Positions 55,036 to 64,000 of a stretch of 64,000 nucleotides of DNA are shown piece by piece. The notes under the pieces are model-generated. The model saw nothing but the letters and a program-made list of their open reading frames with translations. It did not search any database and was not told where the DNA came from. Made by a program: the position numbers and the translations under genes. How positions within the stretch are numbered: the stretch's first letter is position 1; each line of letters begins with the position of its first letter. This DNA comes from Thermoplasmata archaeon. Its GTDB lineage: Archaea > Thermoplasmatota > Thermoplasmata > Lutacidiplasmatales > UBA184. The stretch is from positions 21,561-85,560 of the forward strand of contig JAKAYL010000001.1 of the NCBI GenBank assembly GCA_021809545.1, read 5' to 3'.

Positions 55036-58000
55036 ATGCCCTGTGCTGTCGTGTCACAGCCGCGTGCCCCGTTGTTCCTCGTTGTCGCGGTGTTGCTCTT
55101 TGCGCTCCTCACACCGTCGGCTCCCCTTGGGAACATTTCCTCGGCCCACCCGGTGGGCCACTCCGACGTATCCCGCACCGCCCCGGGAGTTTCCCTTTCG
55201 CCGATCCCCCCTGCCGGCGCCCTGTCGCCCCTCCCTTCGCACCTTCGGGCCGCTCCCCGGAGCTCTGCTCCGCCGCCCGAGCGGACGGGGATCAACGGGA
55301 CGGTCTACTTGAACGGGACCCTGCAGAGCAACGACACCACCCTCACGGGAGGGGTCTCGGTCTCCGGTACCACGGTAACGACCGGATACACCGCGACCAC
55401 GGGGAACGCCACCTACGGTCCGACCCGCGTGGTGGGCACCCTCTCCATCCAAGGGAACTCCACCTCCTCGGCTCCCATCCTCACGACGTCCGCGGGTTCC
55501 TCGATCTTCATCGATCCGCTGCTTTCCACCTCAACGGCCACGATGAGCCTCGTCGGGAACATAGCCCTCGGGAACGGGACAGATGCGTTCAACATGAACT
55601 CCCAGGGCGCAACGCTCACGGTCTGGTCGAACGCGAGCGGTGGGGGCGGGATCTACGGGGTCGGCGGAGGTTCCAACATCAACAGCGGCTCCAACATCCA
55701 GATCACGAACTACGGCCCCTCCGCGATCACCATCAACTGCAACATCGTCCTGGTCTGCCCCATCAGCGTGAGCGCAGGCTCCACCTTCACCCCCTGCTAT
55801 CCCATCATCGGCTGTGTCTCGGCCTCCTCGAGCTCCATCACCTGGAACGGACCGGATTACTTCACCATGCAGGGCTCGGTCACCACCTCCGCCCCGGGCC
55901 TCTATGCGCAACTTCCGGACAGCCACCTCGTCGTGTCTGTCCCTGGGGGCCAGGGGGCGAACTTCTCCATGACCCCGAGCCAGGGCGCTCCCGCGGTCAC
56001 GGTGGCCGGTGGGAGCGGCCTCACCCCCTCCGTGGGTTCCTACGGGGACCTTCTGGTGACGAACGGGGACGACATCTCGGGGAACGTCTCCGTGAGCGGC
56101 ATCTTCCAGGCCGACCAGCACGTCTTCACCGACGGAACGTTCCACAACCTAGGAGGGCTGACCATCCAGGGCTCATTGGTCTCCCACGGGGACCAGCAGT
56201 TCCCAGGGTACCTCTTCCTGGGACCCAGCTTCCAGGTCGACACGAACCCCGGGCAGAACCTCACGGTCCAAGGCATCCTCCTCTCCGACCCCGAGCCGAA
56301 CGGTAGCGCCACGGTCTCCTTGACCGGCTTCCTCGCGGCCTCCGGGACGGTGAGCATCGCCGGGAACCTGACGCAGAACCTGAGCGGCTCCACGCTCACG
56401 GGGAACACGACCATCGTCGGCTCGGTCGTCTCCCACGGCAGCGTCCTCACCAGCGGAACGACCCAGTTCCTCGGGGCGACGACGGCAACGGGGAACCTCA
56501 CCCTCCCGAACATGTTCCTCGGGGGGAGCCTCTCGGCCCAGGGCACGTTGACGGGACAGGGTTCCACGGACCTCGCCGGCACGCTGACCATCAACGGCAC
56601 GGCGAGCATCTCGAACGGGTCCTTCCTCGTGAACGGCACGACCGTCATCCTCGGATCCATCTTCGGCAACAAATCGGATTCGCTCTCCGGGAGCGCCTCC
56701 CTCGCGACCAAGTGGGGCGAGGACCTCAACCTGACCTCCACCGTCTACATGGGAGGGGTCGCCACCGTCTACGGTAGCGTCTCGGTCCAAGGCACGGTCT
56801 CCACCTCCGGACTCTCCACCTTCACCTCGACGAGCGTCGACCTCGCCTCGGGACTCACCCTCCAAGGGAACGCGGTCACCCAGGGACAGGTCAGCGTCGT
56901 CGGGACCACCTTCTTCTCGGGCGCCGTCACCACCTCCGGGCACGCGAGCTTCCCGGGAATGGACCTCAACGGGATCTTCCACCTCTCCTCCTCCGGGGGA
57001 AGCGTCCTCGCCCAGGGGACGAGCTCTGTGAACGGCGTCATCTCGCTCCTCGGCGTCCTCAACGTCGTCCCTGCGTCCCAGGGCACCCCTGGCACCTTCC
57101 ACGAGATCGGGAACTCGACCATCACGGGCACCCTCAACATGACGGGCTCGGTCGTCGTGACCGGCTCCTCCACGCTCACGACCACCCAGGGGACGGAGCT
57201 CTCCATGCACGGCGACATCCAGCTCGGGGTCGCCGCTCAGATCCGCGGCTACGTCAACACCTCCGGTCAGGTCGTCATCTCCGGCAGCGCCACGCTGGGC
57301 GGAGGTTCGGTCGTGATCGCCGGGTATCTGAGCGAGATTGGGAACGTCTTCTCCGAAGGCAACATCACCCTCACGGGCGAGGCCCTCTTCTCCGGCAGCC
57401 TCAACACGAACGGGACCACGCGCCTCCCAGGGATCACCACCGTCGGTGACTTCACCATGACGGGAGGGACGTTCCGCCTGACCGGGACGACGACCCTCCA
57501 AGGATCGACCCAGGCCACCGGGAATGTCACGGTCAACTCCACCGGATACTACGTGACCGGCTCGAACGCCATCAACGGAGTGACCCGCTCCGTCGGCTCC
57601 TTCGTCGAGCAGGGGAACTCGACCCTCGTCGGGACGGCCACGGTCGGACCGGGGAGCTCCTTCGGGAGCTACATGAAGGTCGTCGGGAGCCTCGACACGG
57701 GGGTCCTCAGCCTCACGGGGACGACCATCCTCCCTGACGACACCGTCACCTTCCCGACCGGTGCCTCCATCTCGGGCGCCGTTTCCCTCCAGGGCACGTT
57801 CACCGGGACCGGAGAGGCCGTGACGTTCTCGGGGCAGAGCATCGTCGTCGGCACGGTCTCCTCCTCGGGGCTCCCGATCGTCAGCGGTCCAATCGTGGTC
57901 ACCCTCTTCGGGTCCTACTTCGCCCTCATCCTCGGGCCCGAGTTCTACTGGTTCGTAGCGCTTCTCGCCCTAGGAGTTGTCGTGGGCCTCGTCGAACTTG

Positions 58001-58398
58001 TCCTCCTCGTCCTTGGCCGGAGGAAGCACGCCTTCCACTCCAAGCCGTCCTCCCGCCTGCGGGCGCTCCGCCTCGTCGGGCTCATCCTTCTCCTCGTCGG
58101 CATCCTGGCCGGGGTGGGAGCCGGGCTCTCCCTGGGCGGCAGCCTCGCCGCAGCCCCGAGCGCAGCGACGGCGGGGCTGGTGGCCGTCGCGTATTGGATC
58201 GCGGCGGTCCTGGGTACGATAGGTGTGCTCGTCTGGGGAGTGAGCCGGATCCTGATCCGGCGCGAGCGCCGGAAGATGATGGCCTCCTACGTTCCACCAC
58301 CCCCTCAGGAGTACTACCCCTGGCCCCCGTCGGAGTCCCCCATGGCCCCCCCGGAAAGCTTTGGTAGCCCTGCGCCTGAGCCGACCGTGGGCCAATGA
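55036..58398 (+). CDS. Giant surface protein: signal peptide, ~1,000 aa of Thr/Ser/Gly-rich beta-helix-like repeats dense in N-x-S/T sequons, three C-terminal TM helices and a Pro-rich cytoplasmic tail
   Basis: Signal MPCAVVSQPRAPLFLVVAVLLFALL. Recurring GxxTLTGxxxxxG-type repeats and more than two dozen sequons (NGT, NDT, NAT, NST and others). C-terminal helices FVALLALGVVVGLVELVLLVLG, LVGLILLLVGILAGVGAGL and VAVAYWIAAVLGTIGVLVWGV. Confidence 0.7.
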   Translation: MPCAVVSQPRAPLFLVVAVLLFALLTPSAPLGNISSAHPVGHSDVSRTAPGVSLSPIPPAGALSPLPSHLRAAPRSSAPPPERTGINGTVYLNGTLQSNDTTLTGGVSVSGTTVTTGYTATTGNATYGPTRVVGTLSIQGNSTSSAPILTTSAGSSIFIDPLLSTSTATMSLVGNIALGNGTDAFNMNSQGATLTVWSNASGGGGIYGVGGGSNINSGSNIQITNYGPSAITINCNIVLVCPISVSAGSTFTPCYPIIGCVSASSSSITWNGPDYFTMQGSVTTSAPGLYAQLPDSHLVVSVPGGQGANFSMTPSQGAPAVTVAGGSGLTPSVGSYGDLLVTNGDDISGNVSVSGIFQADQHVFTDGTFHNLGGLTIQGSLVSHGDQQFPGYLFLGPSFQVDTNPGQNLTVQGILLSDPEPNGSATVSLTGFLAASGTVSIAGNLTQNLSGSTLTGNTTIVGSVVSHGSVLTSGTTQFLGATTATGNLTLPNMFLGGSLSAQGTLTGQGSTDLAGTLTINGTASISNGSFLVNGTTVILGSIFGNKSDSLSGSASLATKWGEDLNLTSTVYMGGVATVYGSVSVQGTVSTSGLSTFTSTSVDLASGLTLQGNAVTQGQVSVVGTTFFSGAVTTSGHASFPGMDLNGIFHLSSSGGSVLAQGTSSVNGVISLLGVLNVVPASQGTPGTFHEIGNSTITGTLNMTGSVVVTGSSTLTTTQGTELSMHGDIQLGVAAQIRGYVNTSGQVVISGSATLGGGSVVIAGYLSEIGNVFSEGNITLTGEALFSGSLNTNGTTRLPGITTVGDFTMTGGTFRLTGTTTLQGSTQATGNVTVNSTGYYVTGSNAINGVTRSVGSFVEQGNSTLVGTATVGPGSSFGSYMKVVGSLDTGVLSLTGTTILPDDTVTFPTGASISGAVSLQGTFTGTGEAVTFSGQSIVVGTVSSSGLPIVSGPIVVTLFGSYFALILGPEFYWFVALLALGVVVGLVELVLLVLGRRKHAFHSKPSSRLRALRLVGLILLLVGILAGVGAGLSLGGSLAAAPSAATAGLVAVAYWIAAVLGTIGVLVWGVSRILIRRERRKMMASYVPPPPQEYYPWPPSESPMAPPESFGSPAPEPTVGQ

Positions 58399-59336
58399 GC
58401 GAAAGAGTCACCTTGGTGAGCGGGGGCGCCGGAGGCATCGGCATCCACCTTGTCGAGTTCCTGTCGAAGCATGGGGAGACGGTCCGTGTGCTCGACAACT
58501 TCTCCTCCCACACCCGGGGGAACGTCGCCTTTCTGGAGAAGCTGGACCGCGTCGAGATCGTCGAGGGAGATGTCAAGGACCCGGGCGCCGTCGAGGGAGC
58601 GCTGCGCGGAGTCGACTTCGTCTGGCACCTCGCCGCCAACCCCGACATCCGCAAGGGGACGGTGGAGACGGACCTCGACATGAACGAGGGACCGGTCGCC
58701 ACCCGGAACCTGCTGGAGCAGATGCGACGACAGGAGATCCGCCGGATCGCCTTCTCCTCGAGCTCGGTCGTCTACGGGTATCCCAAGGTCTTCCCCACCC
58801 CCGAGGACTACGGCCCCCTCCTCCCGGAGAGCCTCTACGCGGCGAGCAAGCTCGCCTGCGAAGGGCTCATCTCGGCCTTTGCCCACACCTTCGGGATGCA
58901 GGGGTGGCTCTTCCGCTTCGCGAACGTCGTCGGCCCCGGCGCGACCCACGGGGTCATCTATGACTTCGTGGAGAAGCTTCGCAAGGACCCCACGCGCCTC
59001 GAGGTCCTCGGAGACGGGCACCAGTCCAAGGGGTACCTCTGGGTCACGGACTGCGTCCAGGCGATGGTCCACGCCACGATGCACGCCAGCGATACCGTAA
59101 ACTTCTTCAACCTGGCCCCCGAGGAGCAGACCCGGGTCTCGGAGATCGCGACGCTCGTCGTGAAGGCCATGGGAGGCACTGCGCGGATCGAGTACACCGG
59201 AGGGAAGCGCGGCTGGCCTGGGGACGTCCCGCAGCAGCTCCTCGCCACGGAGAAGATCCGCAAGTTGGGATTCCAGAACCGGTACTCCTCCAGGGAGGCG
59301 GTCGAGATGCAGATCTCGGCCCTGCTCAAGGGATGA
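58395..59336 (+). CDS. NAD-dependent epimerase/dehydratase (UDP-sugar 4-epimerase-like SDR)
   Basis: GGAGGIG Rossmann motif and YAASK (YxxxK). ATGA overlap with the upstream stop. Confidence 0.85.
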   Translation: MSERVTLVSGGAGGIGIHLVEFLSKHGETVRVLDNFSSHTRGNVAFLEKLDRVEIVEGDVKDPGAVEGALRGVDFVWHLAANPDIRKGTVETDLDMNEGPVATRNLLEQMRRQEIRRIAFSSSSVVYGYPKVFPTPEDYGPLLPESLYAASKLACEGLISAFAHTFGMQGWLFRFANVVGPGATHGVIYDFVEKLRKDPTRLEVLGDGHQSKGYLWVTDCVQAMVHATMHASDTVNFFNLAPEEQTRVSEIATLVVKAMGGTARIEYTGGKRGWPGDVPQQLLATEKIRKLGFQNRYSSREAVEMQISALLKG

Positions 59337-60361
59337 CTCCCCCCGCGGTCTCTGTCATCCTCACCGTCCTGAACGACCGGCGGCTGACCCGTACCCTCGA
59401 CAGCCTGAAGGCGCAGACCCTCCGGCCCCTCGAGGTGCTCGTGGCCGACGGGGGTTCCACCGACGGGACCCGGGACCTCGCGGAGAAGTATGCTCAGACG
59501 GAGCCCTGGGTCCTCCCCCGGCTCTTCCCTGGGACGGTCGCCGAAAGCCGCAACCAGGCGATCGCGGAGGCGAAGGGGGAGATCATCGCCTTTCTCGACG
59601 CGGACGAGGTGGCCCCGCCCGAGTGGCTCGCCGGCCTAGTCGCGCCCATCGTCTCCGGGGAGGCGGATTTCACGGGCGGCCCCACCCCCGCCCTCGAGGG
59701 TACCACCCCGTCGGTCACTGCGGCCTACTACAACGCCTACCTCAACCAGTTCTACGACCGGGTGGCGGCCCGGGAGCCCCACTCGCTCCCGATGGGCAAC
59801 TCCGCCTGGCGGGCCGAGCTGTTCCGAAAGGTCGGCCCGCTCGACACGGTCTTCAACCCGAAGGAGGGCGGGGAGGACCTCGACTTCGCGATCCGGGCGG
59901 TGGAGGCCGGCGGACGGGGCCGCTACGTTCCGGCGGCGAAGGTCTTCCACGACTATTCGGGGCTCACCCTCAGGAAGCTCGCCTCCAAGCAGGCCGCCTA
60001 TGCCACCGCAGGTTACCTCATCTGGCGGCGCAGTAAACGTACTTCCGAGGCATCGGCCGGAGGGGAACTCCCGTACCTCCTCCCCCCCCTCCTCCTCGTG
60101 TTGGGTTTCCTGCTTCTGCCCTTCCTCCCGCTCCTCTTCGCCGAGGTGGTGTGGGCCCTTGGGATCCTCTCCTTCGCCGCGCTCTTCCTCGGACTCCTTG
60201 TTGAGGGTGCCCTGGGGGAGAAGGAGTACCCCGGGTGGCGGTTCCGCCCCGTCGAGATCGTGCGGCGGTGGGCCACCCTGTACGGGGCCCTGCGCGGGCT
60301 CCTACGCTACGGCCTCTCGGGCAAGGCGCCCTCATCCCAAGGTTCGACGGCCGGGCGCTGA
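59333..60361 (+). CDS. Family-2 glycosyltransferase with C-terminal TM helices
   Basis: VSVILTVLNDRRL, LVADGGSTDGT and LDADE (DxD); two or three C-terminal TM helices. Confidence 0.8.
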   Translation: MTPPAVSVILTVLNDRRLTRTLDSLKAQTLRPLEVLVADGGSTDGTRDLAEKYAQTEPWVLPRLFPGTVAESRNQAIAEAKGEIIAFLDADEVAPPEWLAGLVAPIVSGEADFTGGPTPALEGTTPSVTAAYYNAYLNQFYDRVAAREPHSLPMGNSAWRAELFRKVGPLDTVFNPKEGGEDLDFAIRAVEAGGRGRYVPAAKVFHDYSGLTLRKLASKQAAYATAGYLIWRRSKRTSEASAGGELPYLLPPLLLVLGFLLLPFLPLLFAEVVWALGILSFAALFLGLLVEGALGEKEYPGWRFRPVEIVRRWATLYGALRGLLRYGLSGKAPSSQGSTAGR

Positions 60362-62799
60362 GCCGGAACCGTCGGGGTCCGGGAGGGAGGGGATTTCCTC
60401 CGCCGCAAGAACAAGAGTACGGCCAGGACGACGAGGACCACGGCCCCCAGGAAGAGGAGGGCGGGGATAGGTATCGGGGAGTTCGCTGATTGTGCCCCGC
60501 TAGTTGGCTTCGACCCGACCGTGATCTCCGTGGTGGCCGCTGCAGAATGGCCCGCGGCGTCGGTCACGGTCACGAGGATGCTGAACGAACCGGTCTCCGT
60601 GGGGGTGCAGGTGAGCGAGGAGCCGTTGACGGATGCACATCCCTGTGGCAGCGCAGCGTAACGGTAGCTCAGGGCCCCCGTTCCGCCGAACGCAGCCACA
60701 GAGAGGACCGTGGAGCCTCCCAGGGAGAGATGGCTGGGGGAGCCGACGAAGGAGGACACCACGGGATACCCGGAAGGGGAGGTCACGAGGAGCTGCGCGG
60801 AGGCATTGACGGTCGCCCCCTGGGCATCCGCGACGGTGACCGCGAGCGCGTAAGTTCCCGGGGTCGTCGGCTGGCAGGAGAACGAAGGGGAATCGGAAGG
60901 GGTACATCCCGGCGGGAGCCCCGCAAAGGCGAACGAGTAGGGCAATGTCCCCCCGGTGGCCGAGACGGCCACCGTCGTGGAGCGGCCGAGGGTGAGCGTC
61001 GAGGGCATCGCATCGAAGCTCAGGATCTCAGGAGCCTTCGAGCTCGCCGTGGAGGAGTTGATCGAGACCTCGGTCGTCGAGGTGCGGTTTGCTCCCTCGT
61101 ACTCCCCGGCCAGCGTGACGGTGACCGTGCCCGCCGCCGGGCCCGCCGCGAAGACCGTGTAGTCCCCGGAGAGGGGGCTGAGAGAACCCAGCGAAGCGTT
61201 GGTGAGGGTCCAGGTGTAGTTGATCCCGGTAGCGGGGCAGAGGCCACCCGAGCACGTCGGGACGGCGGCCAACACCACCTTGGCTCCGGGCGAAAGGGAA
61301 ACCGGCGAAGGGTCTATGGCCACCGAGGCGAGGGAGGAACCCGCGGGGTCCACGGTGAGATGCGCGGTCGCCCGGGCGGTGCGTCCGCTCGAGTCGTTGA
61401 CAAAGGCCGAGAGAGTGAAGTTCCCCGTCGCGGCCGGCACACAGGAGAGCGTCGGGGAGTTCGTCGTCACGCAACCGAAGGGAAGTCCGGTGTAAGCGTA
61501 CGAGTACGGGGGAACACCCCCCGTGACGACCAGGGAGAGGTTCGTTGCTTCCCCCACCTTGTCCGAAGCGGGCGTGAGAGCAAAGGAAGTGATCGTCAAC
61601 GGGGCCACTCCGGTCACATTGATGCTGTAGAAGGCTCCCGGGGCGCCTTGGGGGAGGGTTTGGGTGGAACCCGCAGTGTCATTGGCGGAGAGGTAGAGTT
61701 TGAGTATGCCCGAAGCAGCCGTCGCGTTCGCTGGAAGCGTGCCCGCGAAGGTCCCGTTGTAGGCAGAGCCCTGGACTTCCGCGAGGGGAACGGAGACCCA
61801 GTGGGTGCTTCCCGGCGCCTCGTAGACGGCAGCCGTGGAGATGGGCACGACGTCCGCGGCGGTCACCCTCACCGAAACCGCACCCGCCTGGAACACTGTC
61901 GAGGGTACGGATGGAGCGGAGAGACCGGGGAGCATCTTTGCGTAGGGGAGGGCGTCCCAGAAGAGGGAGGCGATGGTCTGGTGGCCGAGGATGCTGGGGT
62001 GGAAGTAGTCGAGCGTGTTCACATCCACGGAGGTGAAGTTGAAAGCCCCCATGTCCCAGAGGGTGAGGTTGAAGCGATGGGCGATGGTGACCTCGGCTGC
62101 GTTGTACTGCACCTGCATGGACTGCAGGAGTGCGATCCCCGAGGGGCTGAGGAGGGCCGGGCACACCTGGGAGTAGACGGTGGCCGCTTGGGTGTTCCCG
62201 GAGAAGTAGAGGGCGAGACGGCTCACGTTCACGACGTTCGCCAGCGCGATGACCGTCGAGGCCGGCAGCCCCGTACGAAGGATAGTGAAGGTCTGGTTGA
62301 GGTTGGCGGAGAAGTTCGCGACCGAGGTCGGTGTGAGGGTTTCGGAGGGATAACTGCCGCTGTGATCGCACAGGTCGTTTCCCCCGATCATGACCGTCAC
62401 GAAGCCGCTCTTGTTCTGGACGGCCCGCTGAGCCTGCCAGATCATGTCGACCGATCGGTCCCCGGGCACGGCGAGGAGGTGCGTTGTCACACTCCCGGGA
62501 CCATAGAGACGCAGCAGGCGTTCGTAGATGGAGAAGACCGAGGTGTTCCATCCTACCGCGTACGAGTAGTACGGTTGGATCCCGGCGTTCAACGCGCTGC
62601 TGTTGGCATCGTAGGCCGGGGTGATCGAATCCCCCATGGCCGAATAGACGACCGGATCGGGCAACAGGAGCTTGGCTACCGAAGGACCCGCTCGCTCGGC
62701 GAGTGGTGCGTGGGAAGTCTCTCCCGAGGATAACGGCACCTCTCCCGCGGCGACAAGGAGGAAGAGGACGAGGGCCACAGCCATCCAATGCCTTCTCAT
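60307..62799 (-). CDS. Secreted SGNH/GDSL-family hydrolase with several Ig-like (PKD/Big-like) domains and a C-terminal TM anchor
   Basis: Signal MRRHWMAVALVLFLLVAAG. SGNH blocks AMGDSIT, GGNDL and DYFHPS. About 450 aa of Ig-like repeats (PPYSYAY..., LPYSFAF..., ALSYRYAALP...), then IPIPALLFLGAVVLVVLAVLLFL-RRRK. Confidence 0.7.
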   Translation of the reverse strand: MRRHWMAVALVLFLLVAAGEVPLSSGETSHAPLAERAGPSVAKLLLPDPVVYSAMGDSITPAYDANSSALNAGIQPYYSYAVGWNTSVFSIYERLLRLYGPGSVTTHLLAVPGDRSVDMIWQAQRAVQNKSGFVTVMIGGNDLCDHSGSYPSETLTPTSVANFSANLNQTFTILRTGLPASTVIALANVVNVSRLALYFSGNTQAATVYSQVCPALLSPSGIALLQSMQVQYNAAEVTIAHRFNLTLWDMGAFNFTSVDVNTLDYFHPSILGHQTIASLFWDALPYAKMLPGLSAPSVPSTVFQAGAVSVRVTAADVVPISTAAVYEAPGSTHWVSVPLAEVQGSAYNGTFAGTLPANATAASGILKLYLSANDTAGSTQTLPQGAPGAFYSINVTGVAPLTITSFALTPASDKVGEATNLSLVVTGGVPPYSYAYTGLPFGCVTTNSPTLSCVPAATGNFTLSAFVNDSSGRTARATAHLTVDPAGSSLASVAIDPSPVSLSPGAKVVLAAVPTCSGGLCPATGINYTWTLTNASLGSLSPLSGDYTVFAAGPAAGTVTVTLAGEYEGANRTSTTEVSINSSTASSKAPEILSFDAMPSTLTLGRSTTVAVSATGGTLPYSFAFAGLPPGCTPSDSPSFSCQPTTPGTYALAVTVADAQGATVNASAQLLVTSPSGYPVVSSFVGSPSHLSLGGSTVLSVAAFGGTGALSYRYAALPQGCASVNGSSLTCTPTETGSFSILVTVTDAAGHSAAATTEITVGSKPTSGAQSANSPIPIPALLFLGAVVLVVLAVLLFLRRRKSPPSRTPTVPAQRPAVEPWDEGALPERP

Positions 62800-63090
62800 A
62801 GCCTGCTTCGCCGTCCCACTCCCCCGAAACATATTACCCTTTGCCGGCGGCGGGAAAAAAATCATATCTCATGGCCATATCCGAACGGCACCGTGCCGGT
62901 GACCGGAGCGGAGATCCTACGTCGCCGGCTAAAGGAGATCTCTTAGGATCGCTTGCGCAGCGTCGACGAGCGGTTCTTCGGGACAGGGCTTCGGACGTGA
63001 GCCTTGGGAAGAACCCTCCTCGTGTTCCCTGTCGTCAGTTGAAGAAAGGTCGCGCGCTTCGCTCGAAAAGGTGGAACGTTCCTTGCCGGA

Positions 63091-64000
63091 CTAGTTGACG
63101 ATATTGAAGCTGCATCCGGTCGCACCCGAGTCCCCCGCGGCATCGGTGACCGCGAGATGGACGGTGGCCGAGGAACCGGCCTGGGTGTCGCTGAACCCGA
63201 ACTCGCCGACACCCCCGCCCTGGATGTTCGTAGCCCCGCTGTAGAACACCCAACTGGAACCATCGTAGAACCAACCCGGGGATCCAAAGTTCCAGGTTTC
63301 CGAGTAGGGGGCCGTGCCACCGGACACGGAAGCCGTGAACTCGACCATGTCTCCGGACTTCTGGTAGGAGTGGACGGTGCCGCCGCAGTAGACGGCGGCG
63401 ACGGGCTGCCAGTTGTTCCCGTAGGAGGGCCCGCTACCCGAGTACGTGTATTCCTCGGCGGAGTAGGTCACTGTGAGGGGGGTGCCACCGCCCCCTCCTC
63501 CCCCGCCGGAGCCACAGGAATTGTTGGGACAGACCTGGCTCCAGGGGAGGTTAGCCTGGTTCTGGTTGGACCCGCTGCAGGTCACGGAGCCTGTACCCTG
63601 GAATCCGTTCGGGGCCCACCGGCAGTACGCACCGCTCAGGTAGCTTCCCCAGAATTGGTAACCGCCGCCTCCCGAGTAGTAGTCGTAGGCCCATTGGTAG
63701 GAGCAGTCGGGATTGAAGTAGACCCCTCCCCAGTTCCCGATCGAGGCGTACGTCGAACACGTGTTCGGGTTGTACCCGTACCACGGCGTCGGGTTCCCCT
63801 GCGGAACGGGCTGGCCCCCCGTGCCTAGCTGCAGAATCCCCAGCGCGTGGGCCGCGGTGTTCTCCACGGCGGCCGGGTTGAAAGCGCTCTCCTGGTAAGC
63901 CATGGAAACGAAGGTGATGAGCACATTCCCGGAGAACCCGGCGTTCGAGCCGCAGTCCACCACCTGCTGGAGGGACAGCGTAGTAGGCTGGTTGTAGAAG
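63091..64000 (-). CDS. Secreted protein with a GH23/SLT (lytic transglycosylase, lysozyme-like) domain, a poly-Gly linker and a C-terminal beta-rich domain; 5' end outside the window
   Basis: QESAFNPAAVENTAAHALGILQL matches the SLT signature ES-x-F-N-P-x-A-x-S-x-x-G-A-x-G-L-M-Q. The reading frame stays open to the window edge, and the apparent M at 63963 is an internal GTG. GGGGGGGG linker. Confidence 0.55.
   Translation of the reverse strand, partial: FYNQPTTLSLQQVVDCGSNAGFSGNVLITFVSMAYQESAFNPAAVENTAAHALGILQLGTGGQPVPQGNPTPWYGYNPNTCSTYASIGNWGGVYFNPDCSYQWAYDYYSGGGGYQFWGSYLSGAYCRWAPNGFQGTGSVTCSGSNQNQANLPWSQVCPNNSCGSGGGGGGGGTPLTVTYSAEEYTYSGSGPSYGNNWQPVAAVYCGGTVHSYQKSGDMVEFTASVSGGTAPYSETWNFGSPGWFYDGSSWVFYSGATNIQGGGVGEFGFSDTQAGSSATVHLAVTDAAGDSGATGCSFNIVN

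Noticed and set aside
1-64000. CRISPR arrays, rRNA genes, transposases/IS elements and integrases.
   Set aside because: No spaced direct-repeat arrays, no rRNA-like conserved stretches, and no DDE, tyrosine or serine recombinase motifs were seen in any frame.
1-64000. Haloarchaeal origin, suggested by the high GC and the OADH operon.
   Set aside because: The proteins are not acidic. Many are Lys/Arg-rich with basic tails, which is inconsistent with halophile proteomes. The lineage stays unassigned, possibly a Thermoplasmatota-like high-GC archaeon.

Overview
This window is a high-GC (about 65%) archaeal chromosomal segment. The archaeal assignment rests on a DNA polymerase II large subunit (PolD DP2), an RFC small subunit carrying an intein, Dph2 and an Hjc resolvase. 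The proteins are not acidic, so a haloarchaeon is unlikely. Coding density is very high, with many ATGA and GTGA start/stop overlaps and leaderless-looking TATA boxes 25-35 bp upstream of start codons. Nearly every real gene has a long, R/G/P/D/E-rich antisense ORF opposite it; I treat all of these as high-GC artefacts. In order the window contains: a VKOR-family oxidoreductase; rfcS with a 384-aa intein; an ABC-2 exporter; a processive-type GT2 synthase; a zinc-ribbon membrane protein overlapping a CorA-like channel; a BNR/Asp-box protein fused to a polytopic membrane domain; a 2.6-kb low-GC islet abutting a tRNA-Arg(TCG); PolD; Dph2; an MFS transporter; folP; a thiolase and hjc; a divergently promoted unknown P-loop ATPase plus zinc-ribbon gene pair; a 10-kb surface-glycosylation cluster; a complete 2-oxoacid dehydrogenase operon with a duplicated E1-alpha, plus lipB; an alpha/beta hydrolase, FGGY kinase, pcm, rlmE, a DUF1684 protein and an Fe-ADH; two tandem SCP2 paralogs flanking a low-GC islet that carries a RelE/RHH toxin-antitoxin pair; and a second surface cluster with a 1,121-aa sequon-rich repeat protein, a GalE-like epimerase, a GT2, an SGNH hydrolase with Ig-like domains and a partial GH23/SLT-like secreted protein. 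The most novel candidate is the Hjc-divergent module of an unknown wHTH + P-loop ATPase and a small zinc-ribbon protein. All calls are from reading the sequence; no searches were run. Coordinates read from the printed line numbering (TATA boxes, operator) may be off by a base, because the ORF track and the printed line numbers disagree by one position in at least one place.
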